The notes under the pieces: generated by a model | Told to the model about the DNA's origin: nothing | Databases searched by the model: none | The model's input: only the letters and a program-made list of their open reading frames with translations | Assembly (NCBI GenBank): GCA_905478665.1 | Contig: CAJQJL010000029.1 | Span: 240 to 64,239 of the forward strand | DNA from: an uncultured Flavobacteriales bacterium | GTDB taxonomy: Bacteria > Bacteroidota > Bacteroidia > Flavobacteriales_D > Crocinitomicaceae | Length of the DNA: 64,000 bases | Direction of reading: 5' to 3' | Position numbers and translations under genes: made by a program | Shown here: positions 10,565 to 20,820 of the stretch, piece by piece | Position numbering within the stretch: position 1 is the first letter of the stretch | Layout: every line of letters starts with the position of its first letter

Positions 10565-11752
10565 TCAACACGTTTCTTCAATCGCTTTACGAATAATCTC
10601 ACCAGCCTTTTTAATTTCTTCCTCGGTTATTGTCAACGGAGGAGAAAGCCTGAAACTGTCAGGGTGAGATAAAAACCAGAAACTTATCAATCCCATTTCC
10701 AGGCATTTTTTGACAACACGCTCGACGCGCTCAAAGGAAGACATGTCAAAAGCGAACATCATTCCAATTCGCCGAATAGCTATGATTTCGTCAACTGGGC
10801 GAAGCATGTCTTCGAGGATTTTACCCAAGCGTTCGACCTCAGCGTAGTCAATCTCGGTTGTCATCACTTCCAGACAGGCATATGCGGCAGCACAAATAAC
10901 AGGGTGCCCCCCAAATGTGGTGATATGTCCCAACATTGGGTTATAAGTGAATTCATGTAGGTTCTCATGGGAAGAAACAACAGCTCCGATTGGCATTCCG
11001 CCGCCAAGTGCTTTTCCAAGCGTGAGAACATCTGGAACAACATTGAAATGCTCGAAAGCGAAGAGTTTCCCCGTGCGACCAATTCCACATTGAATTTCAT
11101 CAAAAATCAATAAGGCTCCAACCTCGTCGCATCGTTTACGGAGTGCCAACATAAAATCCTGAGAAGGAATACGGACACCAGCATCTCCTTGTATTGTTTC
11201 AATAATGACACCAGCAGTTTTATTCGTGATGTTCTTTAGATCGTCAATTGAATTGAATGTGAGAAACCGTACATCAGGTAGAAGTGGTCTGAACGCCTCT
11301 TTCTTCGTTTCGTTTCCTGACACGCTCATCGATCCATGAGTACTGCCGTGATAAGAGCCTCTAAATGAAACCAGTTCTGTTCTGCCTGTAACCCGCTTAA
11401 CGAGTTTGAGTGCAGCTTCATTGGCTTCCGTTCCAGAATTGACCGTATAAACACAGTTGAGTTGCTCGGGAAGTAAAGACGCGAGTTTCTTGGAAAAATT
11501 TAATGGTGAATCTTGAATGTATTCACCGTAAACCATTACGTGCAAATGCTTATCTGCTTGTGCTTTGATGGCATCAATCACTTTTGGATGAGAATGTCCT
11601 ATGTTGTTGACTGCGACACCTGCAATCATATCTAAATACACTTTTCCAGACTTGTCGTAGATGTAAATTCCATTTGCATGGTCGACATCAATTAAATAAG
11701 GAGATGGATTCGTCTGTCCTTGATATTTTAGAAAGCTTTCTTTCGAATTCAT
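10565..11752 (-). CDS. Class-III (ornithine/acetylornithine/GABA-type) PLP aminotransferase
   Basis: 395 aa with SGTEANEAALKL, FDEIQCGIGRTGKLFAFEH and TLGKALGGGMPIGA. The exact substrate cannot be assigned by eye. Confidence 0.8.
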   Translation of the reverse strand: MNSKESFLKYQGQTNPSPYLIDVDHANGIYIYDKSGKVYLDMIAGVAVNNIGHSHPKVIDAIKAQADKHLHVMVYGEYIQDSPLNFSKKLASLLPEQLNCVYTVNSGTEANEAALKLVKRVTGRTELVSFRGSYHGSTHGSMSVSGNETKKEAFRPLLPDVRFLTFNSIDDLKNITNKTAGVIIETIQGDAGVRIPSQDFMLALRKRCDEVGALLIFDEIQCGIGRTGKLFAFEHFNVVPDVLTLGKALGGGMPIGAVVSSHENLHEFTYNPMLGHITTFGGHPVICAAAYACLEVMTTEIDYAEVERLGKILEDMLRPVDEIIAIRRIGMMFAFDMSSFERVERVVKKCLEMGLISFWFLSHPDSFRLSPPLTITEEEIKKAGEIIRKAIEETC

Positions 11753-12288
11753 TAATTTTCGGATCTCGGTCCGCCTGGTCTTCCGTTTCTTCCGCCCTGT
11801 GGCTTACCTTGGTTCATACGATTCAATAATTCACGTTTGAATCGTTGTTCCAAACTTAAAAGTTTTGTGGCTTTCTTGTATCCAATTACCCCAGCAATTT
11901 TTATATGGTAATCCTTTCTCAATTGAGATTCACGAATTCCTCCCTCCATATATTCCAAACTTTTCTTCTGGAATTCTGTCTCAGAATAGCTGTCATTGTT
12001 TTCTTTTAAATCTTTCGTTATTCGACGTTGCTTTTTCTTTTCAACCTTAATCTTGTCTTCCATTTCATTGTAGACAGGCCAAAAGCGTTGAGCCAATTCA
12101 GGAGTCAGATTCAATTCCTTCGATATAAACGCGATTTTCAATTCTGGAATCGTTTGTTTATTCGGTCTTTCATTTCCTCCTGGTTGAGCCATTGCTACAG
12201 GGACAAGGAATAAGCAAAAGAGGATAAAAAGAATGCTTGATTTTTTCATTTTAACAGGTTTAAAGTAGTTCAAATTCATCGAGATCAT
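11752..12288 (-). CDS. Periplasmic Spy/CpxP-like helical protein of the ECF sigma module
   Basis: Signal peptide MKKSSILFILFCLFLVPVAMAQ (probable start at coord 12249), a charged helical body and a Gly/Arg/Pro-rich tail. It is the third gene of a sigma / anti-sigma / periplasmic protein triad. Confidence 0.5.
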   Translation of the reverse strand: MISMNLNYFKPVKMKKSSILFILFCLFLVPVAMAQPGGNERPNKQTIPELKIAFISKELNLTPELAQRFWPVYNEMEDKIKVEKKKQRRITKDLKENNDSYSETEFQKKSLEYMEGGIRESQLRKDYHIKIAGVIGYKKATKLLSLEQRFKRELLNRMNQGKPQGGRNGRPGGPRSEN

Positions 12289-12757
12289 AGATGTCTATTT
12301 CTTCACTATTGATATAGTCCAAAATGTCTTCGGTGTCAATATTGTCGAAATTGATTTTTGTTTCTTCAGTTTTTGGAGTTGTGATTGGGTTGTTTTCAAT
12401 TGGTTCCGATAATTGGATTGCTTCAATATTTTCAGAAGGAACCATTTCGGACAACATTTCAACATCGAAATCTTCAATATGCTTATCCACGTACGCTAAA
12501 ACATCTTCAGTTGGAATATCATTTAATGCTAGAAGCGCATCGGTGCTTTCTTCGGGAGCGCTGTAATTAACAACAACAAGAATAACAATTGCCGCTGCGG
12601 CAGAACTCAACCAAACAATCGGTTTTTTATACAAAGGAATTACTTTTACCTCTTGCGAAGCAATCACATTTTTAGCAAGTTGATCAAAATAGGTCGCATC
12701 AGGCGTGTCTATTTTTCCAAGCTTAAGATGATCGAATAGGTCTTTTTGTTCTTCCAT
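12260..12757 (-). CDS. Putative single-pass anti-sigma factor
   Basis: 165 aa with one TM (IVWLSSAAAAIVILVVV) and an acidic periplasmic tail. It lies directly downstream of the ECF sigma gene. No zinc-binding HxxxCxxC motif is present. Confidence 0.45.
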   Translation of the reverse strand: MEEQKDLFDHLKLGKIDTPDATYFDQLAKNVIASQEVKVIPLYKKPIVWLSSAAAAIVILVVVNYSAPEESTDALLALNDIPTEDVLAYVDKHIEDFDVEMLSEMVPSENIEAIQLSEPIENNPITTPKTEETKINFDNIDTEDILDYINSEEIDIYDLDEFELL

Positions 12758-12782
12758 TGTACGTGTTAGATAGCTGAGATAC

Positions 12783-13364
12783 TTAATGGTTTAATTGATC
12801 CAGAATAAATACCTCAATTTTTTGCTTTGCGTGATGAAAACTTGCTTTTAAGGCTCCCTCGCTGGTGTTTAGTTTTTTTGAAATCTCACTGTATTTTAGT
12901 TCTTCAAAATATTTAAGCTGAAACACCGCTGCTTGTTTTTCTGGGAGGGTATTTACTGCTCGTGTTAGAAGGTCAGAAATCTTTTCTGATGTCATTGAAT
13001 CAAGCGAGCTATGTCCCAGCATTATTTCAAGGATAGGCTCGTCAATGTCGATTCCCGTTCTACGCTTTTCCTTATCTAGAAAATTGAGTGTTTCATTTCG
13101 TGCTATTCGATACATCCATGTGTACAGTGCGGAGTCCCCTTTGAATTTCGCTAGGTTTTGGTAGACTTTTACAAGGACATTTTGCAAAACGTCATTAGTA
13201 AATTCATGATTTTTTGTGATCGCCCGAATCTGACGATAAAGAATATCACCGTATTTAGCTACGATTTGGTTAAATGCAGTATTCGTATGATTACCACCCT
13301 TCTTGAACAAATGAACAATATCGTCGTCTTCAGGATGTTTAGTCATAGTTCTATTTACGTTCAA
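12783..13364 (-). CDS. ECF-type RNA polymerase sigma-70 family factor
   Basis: 193 aa. Region 2-like [16 protein letters not shown] and region 4-like [34 protein letters not shown]. The start may be the Met at coord 13346. Confidence 0.85.
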   Translation of the reverse strand: MNVNRTMTKHPEDDDIVHLFKKGGNHTNTAFNQIVAKYGDILYRQIRAITKNHEFTNDVLQNVLVKVYQNLAKFKGDSALYTWMYRIARNETLNFLDKEKRRTGIDIDEPILEIMLGHSSLDSMTSEKISDLLTRAVNTLPEKQAAVFQLKYFEELKYSEISKKLNTSEGALKASFHHAKQKIEVFILDQLNH

Positions 13365-14313
13365 TAACCTTTAATGCAGCTTGCACAACATTACGGGTAT
13401 CGATTCCGTACTTGGTCATTAACTCCGCAGGTGTTCCACTTTCTCCGAAAGTATCATTCACACCAACATATTCTTGTGGTAATGGGTTGTTGCGAGTTAG
13501 CACTTGTGCTATTGAATCTCCCAGTCCACCATTAATCATATGTTCTTCGGCAGTTACGACACATTTTGTCTTTGCTACAGAACGTAAGACAGCTTCTGTA
13601 TCCAAAGGTTTAATCGTATGCATATTAATAACCTCAGCTGAGATTCCTTTTTCAGCTAATTCTCTTGCTGCCTCAATTGATTTCCATACCAAATGGCCAC
13701 ATGCAATGATTGTTACATCTGTCCCTTCCATAATTACATCAGCCTTTCCAATTTGAAAATCAGCATCTGGTTTCACAAAAATTGGAACAGATGGTCTTCC
13801 AAAGCGCAGGTATACTGGACCAGTAAGGTCTGCAATTGCGATCGTTGCTTGCTTTGTTTGATTGAAGTCTGCAGGAACGATAACAGTCATGTTCGGCAAC
13901 ATTTTCATCATCCCGATATCTTCAAGAATTTGATGAGTTGCACCATCTTCTCCAAGTGTTAGTCCAGCATGTGAAGCGCAGATCTTAACGTTTTTATTCG
14001 AGTAGGCAATTGACTGACGAATTTGATCATAGACTCTTCCTGTTGAGAAGTTTGCGAAAGTTCCCGTGTAAGGAATTTTCCCGCCTATTGTCATTCCAGC
14101 AGCCATACTCATCATGTTTGCCTCTGCAATTCCAACCTGAAAAAAACGTTCTGGAAATTCATTTTCAAAGGCATTCATCTTAAGTGAACCAGTAAGGTCG
14201 GCGCACAATGCAACAACGTCTTTATTTTTCTTTCCAATTTCCAAGAGCCCTTCTCCAAATCCAGAGCGAGTGTCTTTTTTTCCCAATACTTCGATCTCAG
14301 TCGTCTCAATCAT
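13351..14313 (-). CDS. Transketolase, C-terminal (pyrimidine-binding) subunit
   Basis: 320 aa with [31 protein letters not shown] and the C-terminal transketolase domain. Confidence 0.9.
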   Translation of the reverse strand: MIETTEIEVLGKKDTRSGFGEGLLEIGKKNKDVVALCADLTGSLKMNAFENEFPERFFQVGIAEANMMSMAAGMTIGGKIPYTGTFANFSTGRVYDQIRQSIAYSNKNVKICASHAGLTLGEDGATHQILEDIGMMKMLPNMTVIVPADFNQTKQATIAIADLTGPVYLRFGRPSVPIFVKPDADFQIGKADVIMEGTDVTIIACGHLVWKSIEAARELAEKGISAEVINMHTIKPLDTEAVLRSVAKTKCVVTAEEHMINGGLGDSIAQVLTRNNPLPQEYVGVNDTFGESGTPAELMTKYGIDTRNVVQAALKVIERK

Positions 14314-15665
14314 AACCTTAGTGATGTCGTTTTATTTGAATTAATTCTGAATTCCCTTTCCAGTGTATAAGCCGATGATTTAAGATGTTTCGGTCTATAC
14401 ACAATTTTATAAAGTCCTGGTTGAAGTTGCCATTCACCTGTTTGTGAACCATCATTTAAATTGCAAACCCAATCCCAGGTGCCATTGCTATTTTCTGTAA
14501 ATATTTGTCCGACGATTGCGTGCCCAGCTGAGTATTTAACGAAACCAGGAGCACGGATGTCTATATAAGCCGTGTTGCTTTGCTCAACATCAGCTGTAAT
14601 GTAAATACGTGGCAGTGTAAGTATTTCAATATCATATTTTCCAATGATATACTTGTCAGTCACACCAACCTTCTGCGTATTCAGTGTTTTGTGCTTCTCA
14701 GCCTGTGTAATCCGAGTCTCAATCTGATAAGGTTTAGAAGCATTTATGAAGCGAACTTTAATGTAGCCTTGTGGTGCATCAACGACAATCGTATTGTGTG
14801 TATTTTTCTGAATGGAAATGTTGTTTTTTTCCAATCTAGGAATTGTATTAACAACTAGATCGTACTTGATTTTTGGATCCAAGATTAATGTGTCAGGATT
14901 TCCAAACTTGTTGATTGTATGCGTGAAGGTGTATTTCAAGTCCGTCGTTCCTGCTTCATAAAGGAACATGGTGACATCTGTCTCGCTTGGTTTGCCATTC
15001 ACATCATTCAAATCTATTTGAACTGTGGTATTGAGTAAAGCTTTGGCTACGATGTTTTCTAGCACCTTCGTGAATGATTCAGGGGTTTCGGCATCTGCAT
15101 AGGTACCAATACAATTGAACTTCTCTAAGTACGATAAATCCATTCCTAGACCAATTACAAATGGAGTAACTTTCACTCCCTTGTCTTTTAATTTCTGGGC
15201 AATCACACAGGGATCATTATCACATGCTTCCAGTCCGTCAGTAATTAGGATGATAATGTTGCGTGAGGTATTATCAGGAAAATCCCCTGCTGCAGCTTCA
15301 AGAGATCGGGCAATAGGGGTTGTCCCTTTTGCGTAGATAGACTTAATGCGTGATTTGACAGCTGAAAAATTGTTTGGAGCAAAAGGAACTTCAAGCTTCG
15401 TATCATTACAATCTTGAAATGTCGCAGTGATTGGAGATTGGTGCCCATATACTCTTAAACCAATTTCGAGATTTGGGACGTCGCCTAGATCATCAACTGT
15501 TTTGACTAAAAGTTCTTTGGCTGTTTCAATTCTCGTTTTTCCTCCCCAGCGGGCATTCATACTATTGGAAGCATCCAGAATGAATAATATCCTTGTAAGT
15601 GGTTCTTCCTGTCCAAATGATATTGAACTGAATAAAAGGATCGCTATGGTGAGAAATTTCTTCAA
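14310..15665 (-). CDS. Secreted von Willebrand factor A (VWA) domain protein
   Basis: 451 aa starting at TTG immediately after the upstream TAA. Signal peptide [23 protein letters not shown] motif ILDASNSM (DxSxS), ...GTTPIA...ITDGLE, then a long beta-rich C-terminal region. Confidence 0.8.
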   Translation of the reverse strand: MKKFLTIAILLFSSISFGQEEPLTRILFILDASNSMNARWGGKTRIETAKELLVKTVDDLGDVPNLEIGLRVYGHQSPITATFQDCNDTKLEVPFAPNNFSAVKSRIKSIYAKGTTPIARSLEAAAGDFPDNTSRNIIILITDGLEACDNDPCVIAQKLKDKGVKVTPFVIGLGMDLSYLEKFNCIGTYADAETPESFTKVLENIVAKALLNTTVQIDLNDVNGKPSETDVTMFLYEAGTTDLKYTFTHTINKFGNPDTLILDPKIKYDLVVNTIPRLEKNNISIQKNTHNTIVVDAPQGYIKVRFINASKPYQIETRITQAEKHKTLNTQKVGVTDKYIIGKYDIEILTLPRIYITADVEQSNTAYIDIRAPGFVKYSAGHAIVGQIFTENSNGTWDWVCNLNDGSQTGEWQLQPGLYKIVYRPKHLKSSAYTLEREFRINSNKTTSLRL

Positions 15666-16508
15666 TTAATAATCTCCTAAAGTTTCTTCAAGTTGTGTGA
15701 GTGCATCGGCCAATTGTTCTTCATTTGGAGCACTTCCATGCCATTTATGTGTCCCCATCATGTAATCGACTCCTTGTCCCATTTCTGTCTTCATAACGAT
15801 CACTATAGGCTTTCCGTTACCACACATACTTTTTGCTTTGTCAATTGTTGCTTTAATTTCATCAATGTTGTGACCGTCCATTTCAAGTACTTCCCATCCA
15901 AAAGCTTGCCACTTTTGAGAAAGATTCCCTAATGACATCACATCGTCAAGGTCTCCGTCAATTTGTCTTCCGTTGTAATCTATTGTCGCGATTACGTTGT
16001 CAACCTTCTTCGCAGCCCCGTATATAGCGGCTTCCCAGATTTGTCCTTCTTGCAATTCTCCATCTCCGTGAAGGCTGTACACTATACTATCGTCTCCGTT
16101 CAATTTTTTTGTTTCTGCCGCACCAAGCGCATAGGATAAACCTTGGCCTAATGATCCCGAAGCCATCCGGATTCCAGGTAGGTGATGGTCCGTTGATGGA
16201 TGTCCTTGAAGTCTGGAAGATAATTTTCGAAATGTAGCCAACTCACTAACTGGAAAATAGCCAGAGCGTGCTAAAACACTGTACCAAACAGGTGAAATAT
16301 GTCCGTTTGACAGGAAAAATACATCTTCGTTCAATGCATCCATTTTAAAGTTTGCAGGATCGTGTTTTAATTTATCGAAATAGAGGACGGTCAAAAAATC
16401 CGCACAACCTAAGGATCCCCCAGGGTGTCCAGAGCTTACAGCTGATACCATACGAACAATGTCTCTTCGAACTTGTGAAGCGATTTTTTCTAATTCTTGC
16501 GTTTCCAT
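15666..16508 (-). CDS. Transketolase, N-terminal (ThDP-binding) subunit
   Basis: 280 aa with SGHPGGSLGCADFL, GHISPVWY and GDGELQEGQIWEA (ThDP/metal motif). Confidence 0.9.
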   Translation of the reverse strand: METQELEKIASQVRRDIVRMVSAVSSGHPGGSLGCADFLTVLYFDKLKHDPANFKMDALNEDVFFLSNGHISPVWYSVLARSGYFPVSELATFRKLSSRLQGHPSTDHHLPGIRMASGSLGQGLSYALGAAETKKLNGDDSIVYSLHGDGELQEGQIWEAAIYGAAKKVDNVIATIDYNGRQIDGDLDDVMSLGNLSQKWQAFGWEVLEMDGHNIDEIKATIDKAKSMCGNGKPIVIVMKTEMGQGVDYMMGTHKWHGSAPNEEQLADALTQLEETLGDY

Positions 16509-16542
16509 TTTACAGGCTTTTTTTGTCTATGATGAGTCCGCA

Positions 16543-16550
16543 CAAAACTA
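16543..16550 (-). promoter_or_regulatory. Candidate -7 box TAGTTTTG for the tkt-VWA-tkt-sigma operon
   Basis: Plus-strand CAAAACTA is minus-strand TAGTTTTG (TAnnTTTG), about 35 nt upstream of the ATG at 16508. Confidence 0.3.
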
Positions 16551-16892
16551 ATTGTTATTATTAAATTTTTTTGACGAAAAAAGGGAAGGTTATCAGCAAA
16601 ATGCAACTATTTATAAACAATTTACTCCGAGCACATTTTGTCAAAATATAAATGCAATTTCGAACCTTTTTGCTCCTGATTTTAGTAAAAAAATCCTGTT
16701 CTTGCAGATAGAATCCTATTTCTATGCGATTTTTTGATTTGATCGTTAGTATCTGACAAGCGATTTTGTTATTTTTAACACTTTTAAAAGTCAGCCGTGT
16801 TGTTTTATAAACAGGTAACGATTTTTGAAAATGAAAAAACAGGCATGGATGCAACTATTTATGGACTATTGCGGTCTTTCTATTAAATCTAA

Positions 16893-17267
16893 ATGCGAAT
16901 TATGAAACTATTAACTACGTTGAGCTTTACCATCCTCTTTTGGAGTGTTGGGATTTCACAGCAAATTGATTCAAGATTATTACAACGTTATTCAGAAACT
17001 CAGTTGGAAAATATACGACTGGAGCAACCTGAAGAATATGCTTTATTAAATTATGCTTTAGATAACGCCGTCTATTTTTCAGAGATTCCTGATGAGAAAA
17101 AAGTGGATTTACCTGAGGTTAGTTTACCGAACACTGAACCAACATTCATCGATTTGGGATTAGAAATTAAGGATGAAAATCAATATTTCGTGGTGAGCGG
17201 ACAGAATAAGATGTTGATTGTAAAATCAAGATGGGTGTTAAATCACGAAATGAATTTGAAGAAGTAA
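16893..17267 (+). CDS. Small secreted hypothetical protein
   Basis: 124 aa with signal-like MKLLTTLSFTILFWSVGISQ. It ends 4 nt before the T9SS cargo gene. I recognise no domain. Confidence 0.4.
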   Translation: MRIMKLLTTLSFTILFWSVGISQQIDSRLLQRYSETQLENIRLEQPEEYALLNYALDNAVYFSEIPDEKKVDLPEVSLPNTEPTFIDLGLEIKDENQYFVVSGQNKMLIVKSRWVLNHEMNLKK

Positions 17268-17271
17268 GGCT

Positions 17272-19725
17272 ATGAAAAAGACGATAAATAAACTAGTAGC
17301 GATCCTCGGCGTAATAGGTTTGGGATCTGCAGCCTTCGGGCAGAATGTTACAATGGGGGATGTTGGTTATTTAGAAAACAACCCAGCAGATTGTAGCACA
17401 TTTGGAGTAGCTGGAAATAACTTCTTTGACGATGGTGGAGCAGGTAATTACTCTGCAAACTTCAATGATACGACGGTGTTTTGTCCAGATTTGACGCAAG
17501 GAACAAAGATGACTTTGACTTTTGCAATCAATGCGGGATTCACATTTGATGTGGATGGTTCAGATTCCATTTATGTGTATGACGGACCAAATACCAGTTC
17601 ACCACTTTTAGGTGTGCATAATTCAGTAACTGATCCAAATGGATTTGCATATACAGCATCATGGAACAACCCAAGTGGATGTTTGACTGTAGTGTTCATT
17701 TCTGATGGTGCCAATGAAGGAACAGGTTGGGAAGCAAATGCTCAATGCGGTAATCAGGCACAGCCATTTGAGCCGCATATAGAAGCCTTTGTTAATGGCG
17801 CTGGTCCGAATGCATTGAATCCAATAGACACAGGATTTGTTGATATTTGCTTTGGTGACAGTATCTTATTTGTAGCTAAGCCACTTTTCCCATACTCATT
17901 TGAGAGTACAGGATATGGCTACTCTCAGAATGTAGGAAATGTTACTTATGATTGGTACATAACAGATGGAGGTACTTATCCAGATAATGATTCTATTTGG
18001 TTTTTCCCGCAAACGCGTAATGGATTTTTGGTTGATTTAAAAATTGAGGATCAGTTCCCACAAATTCAACGAATGCTTTGTAAGGTGCGTGTTTCTCAAT
18101 TACCTGACTTTACAGGAACGGGACCATTAGAAGATACTGTTTGCCTTGGACAAAACACAACATTGATAGGAGGTGTTACGCCGACGGATACAGTTGGTGT
18201 TGATATTCCTGCTGGTACTTTCCAGTTAGGAGGTTCATTTGCTGGATTGACGTATTTGCCAGATGGATCGGGAGCACAATATGCTGCACCAATTGATATC
18301 GGTGGTTTCCCATCAGGTAGTACAATTCAGAATTCACAAGATTTAAATCAGGTGTGTATTACAATGGAGCACTCATATTTGGGGGATCTTGAAATCGCAC
18401 TTCAATGTCCGAATGGGACACAAGTAACCTTGATAAACTCTTATTCTCCTGGATTTATCCCTGGAGGTATTAGTGGTGGTGGAACTTATATGGGAGATCC
18501 TATTGATGATAGTGGGGGAGGTGGCCCAGGTGAAGGATGGGAGTACTGCTTTAGCTCTGTCTTCAATACGTGGGGAGATTACCCAACAGAAATTGGATTA
18601 GGAAATACAGTTCCTGCGCCAAACTTTGGTAACAACGGCCCATCGTTAAATCCAAACGGAATTTACCTTCCAGAAGATGATTTTGCAACCTTTGCTGGAT
18701 GTCCAGTAAATGGACAGTGGACAATTATTGTACAGGATAATTTAGGAATTGATGACGGTTATATCTTCGAATGGGGATTGTTCTTCGATCAATCTTTCTT
18801 CCCTGGAATGAGTGGATACCAAAACACAATTGTATCAGAGGATTGGTTGCCAGATCCAACAATTGTTTCAGGACAGAATGATACCGTATTGGTTGTTCAG
18901 CCAGACACTCCTGGTGATTACTCATATACGTACCAAATTATTGATGATTTCGGTTGTGTTTACGATACATCGGTTTCACTTTATGTTCTTCCGCAACCAA
19001 CAATATTCCCAGATACATTTGCATGTGACTTCTGGCATATAGTAAACGGAACTACATCTTATGCTGGTGGAGTTTGGTCTGCTACAGATACTACAATTCA
19101 CTTCAGCCCAAGTGTGAATGTTGAGAATCCAGATATTTGGACGTATGGTGGCTCAGGAATCTATACCGTCACCTATACAGATAATGCATGTAACACAGAG
19201 GTTAGCGCCGAGATTGACTTTCTGGATTATCCAGGAACTTGGTTGTCAGATACAACCTTGTGTATGGGAGAAACGCCTACGGTCGTCGCTCCTGACAACA
19301 ATAATTATCCGACCATTTTTGAATGGAGTGATGGAACGCTGGGACCAAATTTGGTCGTCTCAGAACCAGGAGGAACGTACATCGTTACTATGACGAATGC
19401 ATGTCACACAAATTACGATACGGTTACCATAGACTTCAAGCTTTGTGATATTGAAGCTCCAAACGTGCTTTCATTGGCTCAAGGTTCGCAGAATGCTTTG
19501 TGGTATGTGAACGCTGATGGTTTGGCTTCATTTAACCTTACAATTACGAACCGTTGGGGGAATGTTGTGTACGAGTGCTTTGATTCGCAAGCAAAGTGTT
19601 ATTGGGACGGAAGAAACAAAAATGACACTTTCGTAGTTCCAGGAACATATTTCTATACAATTGATGCTACCAGCGAATCAGGAGAACCCATTGTCAAACA
19701 TGGCTTCTTGCAAGTAGTGGATTAA
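17272..19725 (+). CDS. T9SS-secreted multidomain protein (CUB-like domain, proprotein-convertase P-domain, type-B C-terminal sorting domain)
   Basis: 817 aa with a signal peptide. CUB-like segment (YSANFNDTTVFCP...SIYVYDGPNTSSPLLG), P-domain signature CITMEHSYLGDLEIALQCPNGTQVTL, and a gliding-motility-type CTD (NLTITNRWGNVVYEC...WDGRNKNDTFVVPGTYFYTIDA). Confidence 0.75.
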   Translation: MKKTINKLVAILGVIGLGSAAFGQNVTMGDVGYLENNPADCSTFGVAGNNFFDDGGAGNYSANFNDTTVFCPDLTQGTKMTLTFAINAGFTFDVDGSDSIYVYDGPNTSSPLLGVHNSVTDPNGFAYTASWNNPSGCLTVVFISDGANEGTGWEANAQCGNQAQPFEPHIEAFVNGAGPNALNPIDTGFVDICFGDSILFVAKPLFPYSFESTGYGYSQNVGNVTYDWYITDGGTYPDNDSIWFFPQTRNGFLVDLKIEDQFPQIQRMLCKVRVSQLPDFTGTGPLEDTVCLGQNTTLIGGVTPTDTVGVDIPAGTFQLGGSFAGLTYLPDGSGAQYAAPIDIGGFPSGSTIQNSQDLNQVCITMEHSYLGDLEIALQCPNGTQVTLINSYSPGFIPGGISGGGTYMGDPIDDSGGGGPGEGWEYCFSSVFNTWGDYPTEIGLGNTVPAPNFGNNGPSLNPNGIYLPEDDFATFAGCPVNGQWTIIVQDNLGIDDGYIFEWGLFFDQSFFPGMSGYQNTIVSEDWLPDPTIVSGQNDTVLVVQPDTPGDYSYTYQIIDDFGCVYDTSVSLYVLPQPTIFPDTFACDFWHIVNGTTSYAGGVWSATDTTIHFSPSVNVENPDIWTYGGSGIYTVTYTDNACNTEVSAEIDFLDYPGTWLSDTTLCMGETPTVVAPDNNNYPTIFEWSDGTLGPNLVVSEPGGTYIVTMTNACHTNYDTVTIDFKLCDIEAPNVLSLAQGSQNALWYVNADGLASFNLTITNRWGNVVYECFDSQAKCYWDGRNKNDTFVVPGTYFYTIDATSESGEPIVKHGFLQVVD

Positions 19726-19745
19726 TTAGCACATATATTATTGGA

Positions 19746-19778
19746 AAAGGGTGGTCAAATTGATCACCCTTTTTGTTT
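19746..19778 (+). terminator. Rho-independent terminator after the T9SS cargo gene
   Basis: AAAAGGGTG (19746-19754) pairs with CACCCTTTT (19765-19774), followed by a T-run (TTTTTGTTTG). Confidence 0.6.
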
Positions 19779-19803
19779 GCTATCTAGTCGAGATAGTTAA
19801 CTT

Positions 19804-19811
19804 TAGATTTG
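19804..19811 (+). promoter_or_regulatory. Candidate -7 box TAGATTTG upstream of gap
   Basis: Exact TAnnTTTG match, 17 nt upstream of the ATG at 19828. Confidence 0.35.
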
Positions 19812-19827
19812 AATCAGATTGTACAAT

Positions 19828-20817
19828 ATGAAGATAATAGGAGTTAATGGATTTGGGCGTATTGGAAGATATTTCACCCGAATGGTATTGGAAAACCCGA
19901 ATATGGAAATAGCAGTGGTCAATGACCTAGCTGATATTGAAACCTTGGGACATTTGTTAAAGTATGACAGTGTCCATCGGCGTTTGAAACATGCGTTTAA
20001 AATTGAGGGGAACGAGCTCATTTTTGAGAATGGGCAGAAGATTGTGTTCGTGTCGGAACGCGATCCTGAAAAAATTCCTTGGTCGGATTATGGAGTTGAG
20101 ATAGTGCTAGAGTCGACAGGGATATTTAGAACGCATGAATTGGCATCAAAACATTTGAGAGGAAGTGTAAAGAAAGTTGTCATGTCGGCCCCGTCAAAAG
20201 ATGATCAGGTACGAACGGTTGTACTTGGGGTAAACGATAATTTGCTTGAGGATACTGATCTGATTGTTTCCAATGCCTCATGCACAACAAATTCTGCTGC
20301 ACCAATGGTGAAAGTGATGATGGAATTATGTGAAATAGAAAGCGCGTTTATTACAACGATTCATAGTTACACCTCAGATCAACGGTTGCACGATGCACCG
20401 CATAAAGATTTAAGAAGAGCAAGAGCCGCGGCAGAGTCAATTGTCCCTACCACAACGGGAGCGGCCAAGGCATTGGCGAAAATTTTTCCAGAGTTGGAAG
20501 GTCACATTGGTGGTTGCGGAGTTCGTGTACCAGTACCCGACGGTTCAATGACGGATTTAACGCTCGTCGTGAAAAGCCCACCAACAGAAGAGGAGATCAA
20601 TTCTGCCATGAAGAAATTTGCAGAAAATCAACTAAAAGGCATTCTCGATTATACGGAAGACCCAATTGTTTCCGTTGATATAATAGGCAACCCTCATAGC
20701 TGCATCTTTGATGCACGTCTCACGAGTGTAATTGGAAACATGATAAAAATTGTCGGTTGGTACGACAACGAAGCAGGTTACTCAAATAGACTCGTTGATT
20801 TAATTGAAAAATTGTAG
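19828..20817 (+). CDS. gap: Type I glyceraldehyde-3-phosphate dehydrogenase
   Basis: MKIIGVNGFGRIGR at the ATG 19828 (the ORF-track start at 19819 is a TTG three codons upstream). The catalytic motif SNASCTTN and WYDNEAGYSNR are present. Confidence 0.92.
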   Translation: MKIIGVNGFGRIGRYFTRMVLENPNMEIAVVNDLADIETLGHLLKYDSVHRRLKHAFKIEGNELIFENGQKIVFVSERDPEKIPWSDYGVEIVLESTGIFRTHELASKHLRGSVKKVVMSAPSKDDQVRTVVLGVNDNLLEDTDLIVSNASCTTNSAAPMVKVMMELCEIESAFITTIHSYTSDQRLHDAPHKDLRRARAAAESIVPTTTGAAKALAKIFPELEGHIGGCGVRVPVPDGSMTDLTLVVKSPPTEEEINSAMKKFAENQLKGILDYTEDPIVSVDIIGNPHSCIFDARLTSVIGNMIKIVGWYDNEAGYSNRLVDLIEKL

Positions 20818-20820
20818 TTA

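Noticed and set aside
16561-16854. 97-aa minus-strand ORF in the large AT-rich intergenic region
   Set aside because: The sequence is Lys/Ile/Phe-rich and basic, as expected from translating AT-rich DNA. It has no signal, domain or start context. I treat the region as non-coding.
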